Source: Octopus vulgaris
Lineage: Eukaryota
DNA: 64,000 nt
Assembly (NCBI GenBank): GCA_951406725.2
Contig: OX597824.1
Location: forward strand, 44,516,001-44,580,000
Direction of reading: 5' to 3'
Shown here one piece after another: positions 1 through 12,234 of this stretch. Numbering within the stretch: position 1 is the stretch's first letter; each line of letters begins with the position of its first letter. Under the pieces are notes generated by a model. That model was not told where the DNA came from and ran no database searches. It saw nothing but the letters and a program-made list of their open reading frames with translations. Made by a program: the position numbers and the translations under genes.

Positions 1-277
1 GTAAATAAATTTAAAAGAAACGAAATAAGTAAACGAAAAAAGCTTTTCAACAAATTCCTTAGGAAATAAGAACAACTTCAAGAGAAAAGATACAAAAAAG
101 AAGCAATGGTGATGAAAGGTCAGAGTTGTATACTTATACATACATACAAACATACACACACAGGCATACATACATACACACACGTATATATGTCTGGCTT
201 TTAGCTGTTTTGTTTTATGAAGTCCATTCACAAGGCTTTGGCCAGCTCAGAGGGAAAAAGAAAGAGAGAGACATGTA

Positions 278-503
278 CCTATTTCTTTATTACCCACAAG
301 GGGCTGAACATAGAGGGGACAAACATGGACAGACATAGGTATTAAGTCGATGATATCGACCCCAGTGCTTAACTGGTACTTAATTTATCAACCCCGAAAG
401 GATGAAAGGCAAAGTCGACCTCGGCGGAATTTGAACTCACAACGTAACGGCAGACGAAATACCGCTAAGCATTTCGCCCGACGTGCTAACGATTCTGCTA
501 CCA
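278..503 (-). mobile_element. tRNA-derived SINE, family A
   Basis: Reverse complement matches the copy at 1223-1455: B-box-like gagttcaaattcc, central ctttgcctttcatcctttcgggg...taagtaccag...ctggggtcgat, same 3' tail. Confidence 0.9.
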
Positions 504-580
504 AACACACACATATCGCTTAGTCTCGCTGTCTCTCCCTCTTTCTCTATTCATTTCTCTCTCCATGTGTGTGTATATAA

Positions 581-616
<36 letters not shown>

Positions 617-1222
617 TTGGTGTTGTTATTTGATGTTGAAAAGCTGGTCACTTTGTACCCAGAACAGTAGCCTTTGACCTCCTAAGGCAATAAAAACTGG
701 AGGCAAAATTCTTTCTGTACCAAAAACAAAGTGTGCGTGTGTGAACATTCGCGCGCACGCACACACACACAGAAGTTTGTGTGAGTGTATGTATGTGTGT
801 GTATCTATCTATGTACAGAGGGGTAGAAAAAAGATATACCGTAAGTTTTTTTTTTTTTATGTGTTGTATTTTAGAATTATCATAGCAGACTCTGCTGTGA
901 TGATTCTAAAATCCAACAAGCTGTAAGGGACTATGATTTTTGCAGATAATAAAAGTGCATAGATTATGAATTTTGATTGAAAAGATGGGGGCCTTGAAAC
1001 AAAAAGTTGCAGGGGGGCCTCTAAAAGTCATGCAATGGCCCAGACTCAGTGAGGTATTTAAGCTTGGAATGTAAAGGGCCATAAACAACAAAAAGCATTT
1101 TGCTTGATGCTAAAACAATTCTACCAATCCACTGTCTTTTTTTGTGTTAAGAAACAAAAGCATGTAGTTTAAGCCACATAAACTACATTTCACAGGGAAG
1201 TTTGATAATGGTTTATAATTTA

Positions 1223-1455
1223 GGCAGTGAGCTGGCAGAAACATTAGCATACCAGGCGAAATGCTTAGCGGTATTGCGTCTGCCGTTACATTCTGAGTTC
1301 AAATTCCGCCGAGGTCGACTTTGCCTTTCATCCTTTCGGGGTCGGTAAATTAAGTACCAGTTACGTACTGGGGTCTATGTAATCGACTTAATCCGTTTGT
1401 CTGTCCTTGTTTGTCCCCTCTGTGTTTAGCCCCTTGTGGGTAGTAAAGAAATAGG
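1223..1455 (+). mobile_element. tRNA-derived SINE, family A, full length with target-site duplication
   Basis: Head ggcagtgagctggcagaa and B-box-like gagttcaaattcc. Direct repeat ggtttataatttaggca at 1210-1226 and 1454-1470. Sits in the tail of an older minus-strand family A copy (about 1456-1735). Confidence 0.92.
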
Positions 1456-2920
1456 TTTATAATTTAGGCACATTGTTAGCAATTTTGAGGAAAGAATGTT
1501 AGTTAATACCATTGAACCATGTTAGTTAATACCATAACTGGTACAGGTACTTTATTTTTTTCGACCACACTATTGAAGTAGTGCTTTATTTCATTGACCC
1601 CCCCCCCCCAAAAAAAAAAGTATGAAAGGCAAAGTTGATCTCAGCAGGCTTTGATCTCAGAATGTAAAGAGCTGAAAGACATGGGTGCAAAGTATTTTTC
1701 TAATGCTCTAACAATTCTGCTAGCTTGCTTACCTTTATTACGGGGTCTAATAAAAAGACTGAATCATGTCTAGAAGTGCCTGATAAAGATCAGACTAATA
1801 TACTTACCACTGCATTACCTATTTCAAATTTTAATTAATTGCAATTATAATGTATTAGCATTTTTTTTTTGTTTTTTAAATTACTTTCCCTTTGATTTTC
1901 AGTTCTGGCCCTTGCTTTTATTTGTTTTAGTTAATCATTCAACAATATTTATCTCTGCATAATACAGGCTTAGTTTCAATGAATTAGAGTTAACATGCTC
2001 ACCACATTTGATAAGTTAACAGTCATTTCATTACTGTTACAGTGGTTAAGTTAGTGTTAACATATTTAATGCAAGGAGTATAAATAAAAATAACCAGAAA
2101 TATTTATGCAGTAAGGAAAAATCAATATTAGTGAATGACTATCATAATCATACATTTAACAGACAGTCTTAATGCTATAGTTCTCATGCTACAGTTTGCT
2201 TCACCAGAGCTGAATGAGGATGCCTAAACAATGGTTTAGTGGTTTAAGCTGGTGTTGAACAAAATCTAAAATGTTTGGCAGAGATCTTGAAGAGAGGGGT
2301 CAGAGGTGAGTTAGTAACATCTATATACAAATTTTATGATATTTATTGATTATGCTGAGATATTTACTCATTCTGTCATAAGAAATGTAAAATTTCAAGA
2401 TAATATAATTAAATATGTAGTTTAAGACTAAATATAATTACTGTCTTTAAAAGGCTGGCATTAGTTACAAATTAGTGGCCTCTGCCATTAGGGTTCCAGG
2501 GTCAGACAACTGCCATCATCACTACTATAGCCACCAACTGAAACTTTGTTGCCAAATTTATTCTAGATAAATAACAAGAACAAATTTCACTCAGGTACAG
2601 GTTTGCAAGCTGTTAAATAATAAAATATAATTTCAGCACAAAATAGATGAGTTTATATTGAAATATAGTTGCATTTGTAAACATTAAAAAAATATCTTAT
2701 TCACATATTTAGAAGCAATTGTTCAACCTAAATACATTACTTCACAAATAGAGATAGAACCAATATAATAAATAAATATTGACAGTAAATACATCATCAA
2801 AACAGTCTTAGAGGTGAAGAGTTTCCAAACAGTGCATTGGTACAGTTGTTAAGATACTGGGTTATTTATCTAAAGTCATAATCATAACACACACATTGGC
2901 TGGCATTATATAGTGGTATC

Positions 2921-3133
2921 AAGGCAGAGAGCTGGCAGAGTCGTTAGTATGCCAGGCAAAATGCTTAGCAGCATTTCATCTGTCTTTATGTTCTGAGTTC
3001 AAATTTCACTGAGATCAACTTTGTCTTTCATTCTTTCAAGGTTGAAAAAATAAGTACCAGTTGAGCACTGGGGTCGATGTAATTGACTTACTCTCTCCCC
3101 TAAACATGCTGGCTTTGTGTGAAAATTTGAAAT
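2921..3133 (+). mobile_element. SINE family A with 17-bp TSD
   Basis: Family A body flanked by the exact direct repeat cattatatagtggtatc at 2904-2920 and 3134-3150. Confidence 0.92.
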
Positions 3134-3439
3134 CATTATATAGTGGTATCTGCTAGATATATTTATACATGCCTCAGTGATAATTTGGAAAATAGATGTT
3201 ATGATTGTTTAATCATTAGAAAGATGATGGAGTGGCTGTAATATTGAAGTTCAAAACCTGCTGGGAAGTTAACTTAGCCTTTCATACCGACTAGGTAGGC
3301 CAATGAGGAAGCTTGTGTGTGATTAGAAATAGCAACAGAATTTCTCACCACAGAGAACAATATATAACAATAAAAATAAAATTAAGGTCAAATGCTCTTG
3401 AAGCCACTCCATTAAATACCCAGACATTGTTTATTCAGG

Positions 3440-3800
3440 AATCTGATGTGACACTTAAAAATGGAATGGCTTCTTAATGTGTGAGTTGATGGTTAAACTG
3501 GAAGTAGTGTGCAGATAAACATGGTGAGTGCTAAACATTTGTATGACAGTTTTTAAGGTGTGCACTGCAACTTTTGATGCAAAATCCTTTTATTGTTAGT
3601 AAAGGCTACTTCAAAAGATTTAAGTGGTACATTAAATTGCTGCTAAACACTAAAATGGATGGTGGTACAGAAGATACTACTAATTATCCTGAAGAACTGA
3701 AGAAAATTTTGCTGGAGGGGGCTATACACTAGAAGAAGGGTACAAACTGGACTTTGCTGGAAGAACATGCCTACTAGGGTAATATTTCTATTGAAAAAAA
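3440..3800 (+). mobile_element. Degenerate pogo/Tigger (CENP-B-like) transposase fragment
   Basis: Frameshifted translation gives FIVSKGYFKRFK ... NYPEELKKILLEGGYTLEEG ... TGLCWKNMPTR, resembling the Tigger motifs FxASxGWFxRFK, YPxxLxxIIxEGGY and ETGLFWKxMPxR. Confidence 0.7.
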
Positions 3801-3812
3801 AATCATTATATA

Positions 3813-3870
<58 letters not shown>

Positions 3871-4117
3871 TCCATTTCCTTTGTCTACATATGTTCACTT
3901 GCTGTTTATAAACAACAGCTTTGGTAACGATGCCATTTGCTTGCAGTCCACTGCAAAAGCATGTCCAGGCTTCTCTGCATGTCTTGACATGTTGCATGAT
4001 CTTTATAAACAAAAAAACTTGTTCTTGTTTGCTTCCAGTTGTTGTTTCCTTGTTTTTGTTGTTTCCAGTTCTCCACCAGTTCTCCACATTAGCCCATCGT
4101 GATTATAATTCCACTGA

Positions 4118-4330
4118 AAGGTAGCGATCTGGCAAAATTGTTGAGCATGCCTGACAAAATGCTTAGCAGCATTTCATCAGTCTTTGTGTTCTGAGTTCAA
4201 ACTCTGCCAGTGTTGATTTTGTCTTTCATCCTTTCAGAGTTGAAATAAATACCAGTTGAGTACTGGGGTTGATATTATTGACTAGTCCTCTTCCACAAAA
4301 TTTCAGGTTTAGTACCTATAGTAGAAAGAA
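4118..4330 (+). mobile_element. SINE family A (diverged)
   Basis: Colinear with 2921-3133: ctggcaaaattgttgagcatgcc ... ttctgagttcaaactc ... ctttcatcctttcag ... taccagttgagtactgggg. Confidence 0.85.
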
Positions 4331-4942
4331 TGCTGAGAAACAAGTAATGGTTGTCAATAGAAAGGACATCCACCCATAGAAAACTCTGCTCCAACATACT
4401 TTTGTCTGATTCATGCAAACATGGGAAAGTAGGCATTAAAATGATAATGATGACTGTCTTGTTTGAGCTGATGTTGAAAGCAGTGATAGTGATGATGGTG
4501 GTGGTACTTCAATCCTTATTCACATATTTCTTTTTCAGTTTAAACCTCGCATTTGTTTGCTCCTCTCCATACTCATCCCTTGCTTGCATCAATAAATTTC
4601 CACTATTTCAAGATATTATCACATTTATAAAACTTAAATATACGACAAGAAATGAAAAACTAATCACAAAAAGAAAGTCTTAATTAAATTTCTGCAAAGA
4701 TAAATCTTAATATTTCAAGTTACAAATGTGTGTGTGCTTTATGTATATAAACATACATAAAAATGAATATAGATTTTCTTCCATTTCACATGAATGTGAT
4801 TGCACCTATGTTGAAAGGTACATGTATGCAGCTGCTAGTTAACTAAACAATGTAGTTTGTTAATAATAAATAATGTATGATATTGTGGTAGTGTGTAACA
4901 TCTTTGAATGAACACAACATCCCTTCCACACACACACACACA

Positions 4943-4979
<37 letters not shown>

Positions 4980-5989
4980 ATGACTGATGATGGCTCAAAA
5001 TAATGGTATTTGATTTTCTTTTCTTTGGCTCTTTTGAGGGAATCACTCTTTTGTTTTTCTGCTGAAAACTATGTCATTAAGATGAGATAAATAGCTTTAA
5101 GCACTATAGAATTTCAATTTTGAGAACTGTAAACCTATAATAATTGAGATATTGATTTTAATTGCAAAATTAACTCAGCAAGTAAGGATCTTTGTATAGT
5201 TTAGAAGCAGGTGGTTTAATCTGAAATTCTCAGCTTCTTCACAACACATCAAAAGTGTTACAATGCATCTTTCTGAGAACAATAGCCAAGGCTTTCATGC
5301 TATACCGATTATCTAGTACTCAAGTTATAAAGACAGTAAAGCACTGAGAAAGATTAAACTAATGAAGCCAAAAGAGATATAAGGTCATATGAAAGAATCA
5401 GCCATTGTTTGCAGTCATTTCATTTGTTCCAAATTTGTAAACTTATCAAGGTGAAAATAGAAAATAGAAAATAAGTGGAATAATGATTTTTTTTCACAGT
5501 GGCACAAGGCCATAAATTTATAAAGGTGAGAAGTATAGTTGATTGAAATGACACCAATACATTACTAGTATTTTTTTATATATTGATTATGGAGAGATGA
5601 AAGGCAAATTAAACTGATAGGATTTCAATATAGGAAATAAAACAATACAACGAAATAAATATTGATTTCTAACACTGCATAAAGCTACAAGTTTTGGGAG
5701 AATTGAACCAATCCCCAGCACTTAACTTACACTATATTTTATCTCATCATGAAAGATAAGTCAAATTTAAATTAATTAAAAATAGTATGTAGATATTGTG
5801 ATGTAAGTCTATATGTGTGTGTGTTTGTGGGATGGGGTAGTGGGCATGAAACATTATTATAAAAGGTTGAATCTATCCAAAGTTGACTTTGAGTAACTAT
5901 AGTATGGCACAATTAAAGATAGATTTCTTGTATCTTTTATTGAAGAATGTAATATGTGGAAAAGTATGCTTTAATATAAAAATGCAACA

Positions 5990-7445
5990 AATAGAATTGT
6001 TGCAGAGGCTGCAGAGAGTTTAGAGGACATTCTTTGAAATGTAGATGATGTAGTTATATGATGGTGTACACAGAAGGAACCTAGTTCTTGACTTCATGTG
6101 ATGCTGAAGAAATTGAGAATGCAGGAATACTTCTAAACTTAGGGGAATATAAGTGGGAAGTTAATTTCCTGGGTCACATCATTTCAAATAAACAAGTAAA
6201 GTCAGACTCAAGTAAAACCATGACAATAAGAAAGAGATATGCAGGAGCCCACCATTGTAAGTTAGCCATGTAGCTTACTGGGAATGATATATCAGGAAAG
6301 TTAAGTTAGCAGAAAAGGTGAAACTCCTAAGAGACTTGCTGCATATGAGAAATCACTGGCTCTGGAGAGCCAACCAAACCCAAACAATGAATAGTTTGGA
6401 GATGTAAAGTGTCAGCAGATATGCATCCAGTTTCAGACTGTGAGTGTTTCTTTTCAACAGAAACAGAATGAGGAACGGGGGCCTGTCAATTATGCTTCCA
6501 GATCTCTTACATCAGTTGGGCAGAGATATGGTCATATCAAAAAAGAGGTGTTGGTGTTGATATGGACCAGTGAAAGGTTCAGAATCTTTTTGATAGACCA
6601 CACTTTTAGTTAGTGACAGTTATAAGCCACTGCTAAGTCTCTTGGGGAATCACACTTTGAACACCTTATCCTGAAAGATCAATAATTTCAGAATGAGATG
6701 TTATAATGCATTCCAATATAATATTTCATGTTCTCTAGGGCATGTTGTTCTGGGTTTTGTTACAACAGACATACTATAAACAACAGACATACAATAAACA
6801 GAAAAAGCAGTAGACATAGACACAGAACTCATGGAAAGCACAAATATCTGTCAACAGCATCATGAAGAACCTCCCAGTATATGCTTCTGACCAGGAGAAT
6901 CTGGAAAAGCACCTGAAAATGGACATATACTCTTCAGTCAAACAGAAATGTCAGGATAGATTGACTGAATACAGTGAATGTGAAAGAACATTAAAACTAT
7001 ATTTGGCAGCCCATCCTCTCCTAGTAATACATAAAAGCCTTTTACAGAAGGGCATAAGCCTTAAGAAAATGTTCTCAATAAACTTCATAAAGCCCATCAG
7101 AGTGAGTTGAAATGCAAGGAACATATGAATCAGCGAAAAGTGGCCAGGCCTGAGCTATAAGCTAAATGAACTAGTGCTAAACTGTACAATCTGTATAAAA
7201 GATAGTACAAACCATGCACAACTGATCATCCAAACAGAACTTTCAGACAAACTTTAGGGATAGATTTGTTTAGACTTAATGGTGGACTATTGCTTGAGTT
7301 CTGTTGAGAGAACAAACTTTACTGTCACTAGGTTCATTGATATAACAGTTCATCTCAAAATAATGTTTGTATATCATGGAGTACCTGAGATATTAGGGAC
7401 TACACACAAGCTGCAATTCTTTTGTGATACATCCTAAGCCTTTGT
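5990..7445 (+). mobile_element. Degenerate Ty3/Gypsy LTR-retrotransposon pol (RT, RNase H, integrase remnants)
   Basis: VDDVVI (about 6041), FLGHIIS, RNase H block YASRSLTSVGQRYGHIKKEVLVLIWTSERF (about 6491-6580), then integrase Zn-finger/core remnants (HKAH, WPGLS, C..C, DLF). Domain order RT-RH-INT is Gypsy-type. Many stops and frameshifts. Confidence 0.85.
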
Positions 7446-8526
7446 TGCAAAGAGTTGTAAAAATAGTGTAAAAACTAAAATAACAAAGAAACAAAAAAAA
7501 TTCAACAAGGAATAATTCCCCAAAAGTAAGGTGACCTCAAAGGGCTACTCATGGAAACCCCACAAAACCATGCTTACCTTGTCCTACTCCAATCTGTAGG
7601 TGCATTCTCAGAGCAAGACCATTCACTCTGCCAAGCTCACCACTTTTACACAACTCCCATGCTTTATATCACAACAAATTACAAATAATCCAAAACAACA
7701 TTCTGCATATCAGAATAATCAGTAAAAAACAAAACAAAGTGCACGCATGCACATTAATCATCTACAAAATGAAACCTAAATACAAAATTTCTCATAAATA
7801 ACATGGCATTGAAACATTTACTTAGTTAAATATTGCTTTTCTAATGTGACTGCTAGTAAAGGCCAAAGGTTATCTAGATATGTGACCAGTGTAATTCATG
7901 GAGGTCTTCTATGACGAACAAGAAAATGTGTGTGGGTTAACAACTACCCAATATAATGTACTTGGTTAGTAGTTGCAGCCTAATCTAGTTACAGTAAACT
8001 CCACATCAAAAGAGATCATAGAGTAAACTTCATGGAACATATCTGTATATCATAGAGAATGATATATAACCTTCAGTAAAGGTGGTTGAATGAACAATTA
8101 CAACAATTACTATTACAAGTGGTTAATATATAGCTTAACTCCTGGTCACCAAAACAAAAAAAACAAACAGTCTAATAGATGTAAAAAAATATATAGAAAA
8201 CGAATCTGAAAACAAAAATTTGCACAAACATACATATATATACCATTGTCTTGGTTGATAATTATTTGACGCCAATGATTCGAGAGAGGCAGGTATAACT
8301 TGGCTGCCTCTATGAAGAACTTGTGTATGTATCTATGTGTGCCTCTATGAAGAACTTGTATATGTTTCTGTGTGCTATCTTCAAAATTGTTAGAGTGAGG
8401 TATTTTCTCATCATTGTTTCAATGTGGGCATATCACTGTGTAGTAATACTCTATATGAATGAAGGAACTCAACTGACTCTTGATTGTTACAATGAAAAGA
8501 GCTGATGTATTCATAGTAATCAGAAT

Positions 8527-8690
8527 TGGCACGTAAAAGCACCCACTACACTCTCGGAGTGGTTGGCGTTAGGAAGGGTATCCAGCTGTAGAAACTCTGC
8601 CGGATCAGATTGGAGTCTGGTTCGCCAGACCTCAGTCAAATCGTTCAACCCATGCTAGCAAGGAAAGTGGACGTTAAATGATGATGATTG
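8527..8690 (+). mobile_element. 5'-truncated RTE LINE 3' end (family C)
   Basis: ggcacgtaaaagcacccactacactctcggagtggttggcgttaggaaggg ... ggacgttaaatgatgatgat. The same 3' end is attached to the RTE ORF at 53248-55480. Confidence 0.88.
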
Positions 8691-8764
8691 AGATTCTCCA
8701 TTCTCAAGCACTAGTTTTCAAATGTGATAATATTGAAAATGAAATGAAGGATAGATTTGAAATA

Positions 8765-9185
8765 AACCTCTCCATGGCCTTTTAAACGGCATAGATTATG
8801 ACGATAAAGAAAAAAACGCATGTGGATTGTCCAACAGTCCTCTCCCCACCCCTTCAGAAAACATTTTCCCCACAAATTTCTTTATAATCGTAACCTACGC
8901 TGTTTGAAAGGTATTTCTGTAAAATTTCATAAAAAGATACCCATTTTCCTGAGAGTTATGAAAGAAAAAATTGGATTGTGTGAATTTTCCGAAATCCTCT
9001 CCTACTCCTTCAGAAAACATTTTCCCCATATTTCTTTATAATCATAATCTATGCCATTTGAATGGTATTTCGATATAATTTCCTCAATATATATCCATTT
9101 ACCTGAAAGTTATGAGGAAAAAATCAGATCTTGTGAATTTTCTGAAAGTCCTCTGATATCCACCACCCTGCCCTCATTTGTTTGT
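8765..9185. repeat. About 155-bp tandem repeat (about 2.3 copies) with a short inverted copy at its left end
   Basis: ccttcagaaaacattttcccca at about 8851 and about 9007, and a third partial unit at about 9130. 8780-8812 is the reverse complement of the unit segment tttctttataatcataatctatgcc. Confidence 0.65.
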
Positions 9186-9254
9186 GCAAATTTTTGTTTT
9201 CATTATTTGTTTTCTACACATATTTTCACACCTATTAGACTGTTTTTTTTAACA

Positions 9255-10188
9255 CAGTTCTATATTTAAGAGATGAGGAATTATGTCCATTATTTACATT
9301 TGACAGATATTTGTCCTCATATTGTTTTGGCTGATATACCCTCCAGCCTTCATCAGGTGTCTTGAGGAAATTTCAAACCTAAGGTATTTTTTCGATGTAA
9401 TTATTATTATTATTATTTAGGCCACTGCCTGGAATCGAACTTGGGTTAGTAGCCCACACTCTTAACTACTATGCCATATGTTCGTGGGCAATTATGGAGT
9501 GAATTTTAGGGCTTATAAATCTAATATTTTTCTATCCTTCCTTAATACCGGTTCTCATATGTTATTCAGATCTGCACTCTGTCTGCTTAGGAGATTGTTG
9601 TGTCCTAGCATATGTGCTGCTTCTTTTAGTTTTCATATTTTCCAGTGGTGTTCTCTGTTTTTTATTCTAACTTCATCCCACAGGGAGAGGTGGTCTTTGT
9701 GTTTCCATACATGAACAGCTATACCCAATTTATCAATATCTCCTCGTGTCATAGCTTTGCGATGTTCCTCTACCCTTATTTTGAGGGGGCGGCATGTTCC
9801 GCCTTTGTATAACCTACCACAGTTGCATGGGATGGAGTACACGCAGTTTTTGGTCATATTCTCTTCTATTGGTGGATTTACTTGAAGGAGATATTTGCAA
9901 AGTGTTATATTACTCTTGAATACTGTCCTGATGTCATATGGGCTGCATATCTTTTGTATCTTTTCAGAGAGGCCTTTCACAGAGGGTAGACAGACTGTGG
10001 ACAGTTTATTGGTTTCATCCTCGCTTTTCTTCATAATTGGAGTGGATAGTATGTTTTTGGGGTAGCTGCTGCTTAATAGATTGTTACTGAGCTCGATTAT
10101 TTCATTAAGAACATGAGCTACAAACCCCAAGATTCAGAGTTCGATTCCAGGCAGTGACCTGAATAGCAGCAGCAGCAGCAGCAACAGC

Positions 10189-10219
<31 letters not shown>

Positions 10220-10390
10220 GCAACAGCAACAGCAACAACAACATTGAAAAATACCTTAGGAATGAGAACCCAGGTTTGAAATTTCCCCCAAGACACCTGA
10301 TGATGGCTGGAGGGTATATCAGCTGAAACGTTGTGTTAACAACAAACAAGATGAGGATAAATATCCGTCAAATGTAAATAACATAAATAA
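9255..10390 (-). mobile_element. Penelope-like retroelement fragment (GIY-YIG endonuclease) with inverted pseudo-LTRs
   Basis: ORF 9633-10130 contains NCVYSIPCNCGRLYKGGTCRPLKIRVEEHRKA (GIY-YIG) and an LPxVKGLSEKI linker. About 9285-9470 and about 10103-10385 are inverted copies of each other, the usual arrangement for truncated PLE insertions. Confidence 0.9.
10293..10336 (+). ncRNA. Minimal type I hammerhead ribozyme motif in Penelope pseudo-LTR
   Basis: acac-CTGATGA-t-ggctg-gagggtatat-cagct-GAAAC-GTT-gtgt: both catalytic boxes, stem I acac/gtgt, stem II gctg/cagc, palindromic minimal stem III (aacgtt). A damaged inverted copy lies at about 9325-9362. Confidence 0.72.
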
Positions 10391-10664
10391 TGTTTTTTTT
10401 TGTTTTGGTGACTGGGAGTTAAACTATATATTAGCCTTACAAGTACAAGAAAATCTACTCATCTATGTCGGAAGCATAAAATGAAGGAGGGAAGTCATAA
10501 CAGTAGTATGTATTGAGAAATGTGTGAATGGACTTGATAGATTACTGGGTGATGTCTTAGAGAAAGCACATTATAGTTGGTGATATGTATTGACATGTGT
10601 TTGCAACTAAGTGACATGCGATGACGATTCACTCCTGAACTGAAATAGGCTCCCAGCCTCTGTA

Positions 10665-10718
10665 TCATGAATGGTTATGTGGACCACCCCTAATGAAAGC
10701 CAGAGCTTCCTTCCACCA
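10665..10718 (-). CDS. Candidate terminal coding exon of an unidentified minus-strand gene (WWKEALAFIRGGPHNHS*)
   Basis: Acceptor ttttttcttaatactctttatgtag. Phase 0 fits the candidate exon at 13767-13804. TGA at 10667-10665. No homology recognised. Confidence 0.3.
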   Translation of the reverse strand, partial: WWKEALAFIRGGPHNHS

Positions 10719-11374
10719 CTACATAAAGAGTATTAAGAAAAAATGTTATTTAGATATACTTTTATTTTAGTTGCTTACGCTATTTTATGTTTGTTTATAC
10801 TCTATACATTCAAAGTTCACAAATTTCCTTATTTAAATTATGAATCACATTTCTTTCGATAATATCAATATGATTACAAAATGTCTTTGCAGATGACATT
10901 TTCTGTTTGGTTGACACTAATTTTCAAATTACTGGAGTTCATTGCTCTACTCATAGTGACATATAACTGGCCGTGTGTAAACATTGGAGTGGGTAAAAAT
11001 ACACCTACATGATCTAAAGTCTTGGCTCTGTGCCTTGTTTGCTGTGAATGTGTGAGTGGAATCTTTAGGGTTGCAAAAAATCAAACTAAGACTTTCCTCT
11101 CAATGTTCTATGCGAATAATGTCTGGATGTTCTGGTACCATGGGTTACTTTGATTGACAAAACTGAGATGTAAACAACAGCTGCTTTGATTAGCCGTTTC
11201 CAATCTTGCTCAAGACTGACACACTTCAATAACCACTAAATAATCACACATACTATATACTGACACACATTTTTTCCATTTTATTTTCACTATTAACCAT
11301 CCTCATGAATCCCTTCATATCTACAATGAGAACACAAACTATACAATGAAAATCCAGAGTTACTTGTGGTCTCT

Positions 11375-11770
11375 CTTTTACTCTTTTACTTGTTTCAGTC
11401 ATTTGACTGTGGCCATGCTAGAGCACTGCATTTAGTCGAACAAATCGACCCCAGGACTTATTCTTTGTAAGTCTAGTACTTATTCTATTACTCTCTTTTG
11501 CCAAACCGATAAGTTATGGGGACGTAAACACACCAGCATCGGTTGTCAAGCAATGTTGGGGGGACAAACAGACATACAAACTTATACACACACATACACA
11601 TACATATATATGACAGGCTTCTTTCAGTTTCTGTCTACTAAATCCACTCACAAGGCTTTGGTTGGCCCGAGGCATTAGTAGAAGACACTTGCCCAAAGTG
11701 CCATGCAGTGGGATTGAGCCCGGAACCATGTGGTTGGTAAGCAAGCTACTTACCACACAGCCACGCCTAC
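11375..11770 (-). mobile_element. tRNA-derived SINE, family B (CORE-like central domain), full length
   Basis: Reverse complement of 24273-24665: head gtggctgtgtggtaag ... gggctcaatcccactg, CORE-like tttgggcaagtgtcttct, internal (TA/TG)n, tail cagcatggccacagtcaaatgactgaaac. Confidence 0.92.
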
Positions 11771-12154
11771 GGGATGAGGGAACAGACAAAGAAATGAACA
11801 GACAGACGGACATAATGCCCATTATAGTAAGATAGTAAATTTTCCCATCTATGATGGGATATAAAGGGACAGTATCTCAAATTTAAACTCTCTAAATTCA
11901 TGAACTATACAAGGGGGAGGGGGGTCCAGAGTTAATCCTCGTCGCCAGAATGTTAACAAAAAAAAAACAAAAGTGATTTATTAACACAAAACTCAATATC
12001 CATTAAATAATCATACTTTTTCACGTTTTTTTTCGCTAAAAACTTTCCTGATTACCTCTTTTGTAATCCTGAGAAACATCGTGACCATTGGTCCAGCTGT
12101 TTGACCATGGAGAGGGGACAGACAGACAGACATAACACCCATTATAGTAAGATA
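11771..12154 (-). mobile_element. Two Helitron-type non-autonomous element ends
   Basis: acagac(g/a)gacataa(tg/ca)cccattatagtaagata occurs twice (ending 11834 and 12154). Its reverse complement, atcttactataatggg...gtctgtctgtc, resembles the TC-start plus (gtct)n 5' end of animal non-autonomous Helitrons. Confidence 0.55.
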
Positions 12155-12234
12155 TCACCACCACCTACATTTTAAAGCAGTTAACGCTAATACTATGAAG
12201 GGTGATGCCATAAATAACATCAGCAGTGTTAATA

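Noticed and set aside
2194-2305. Plus-strand exon ending at gag|gtgagt
   Set aside because: All three frames contain stops, and there is no supporting plus-strand exon chain.
10105-10349. Poly-Leu/poly-Val ORFs resembling signal peptides (also 15250-15480)
   Set aside because: Translations of trinucleotide microsatellites inside repeats.
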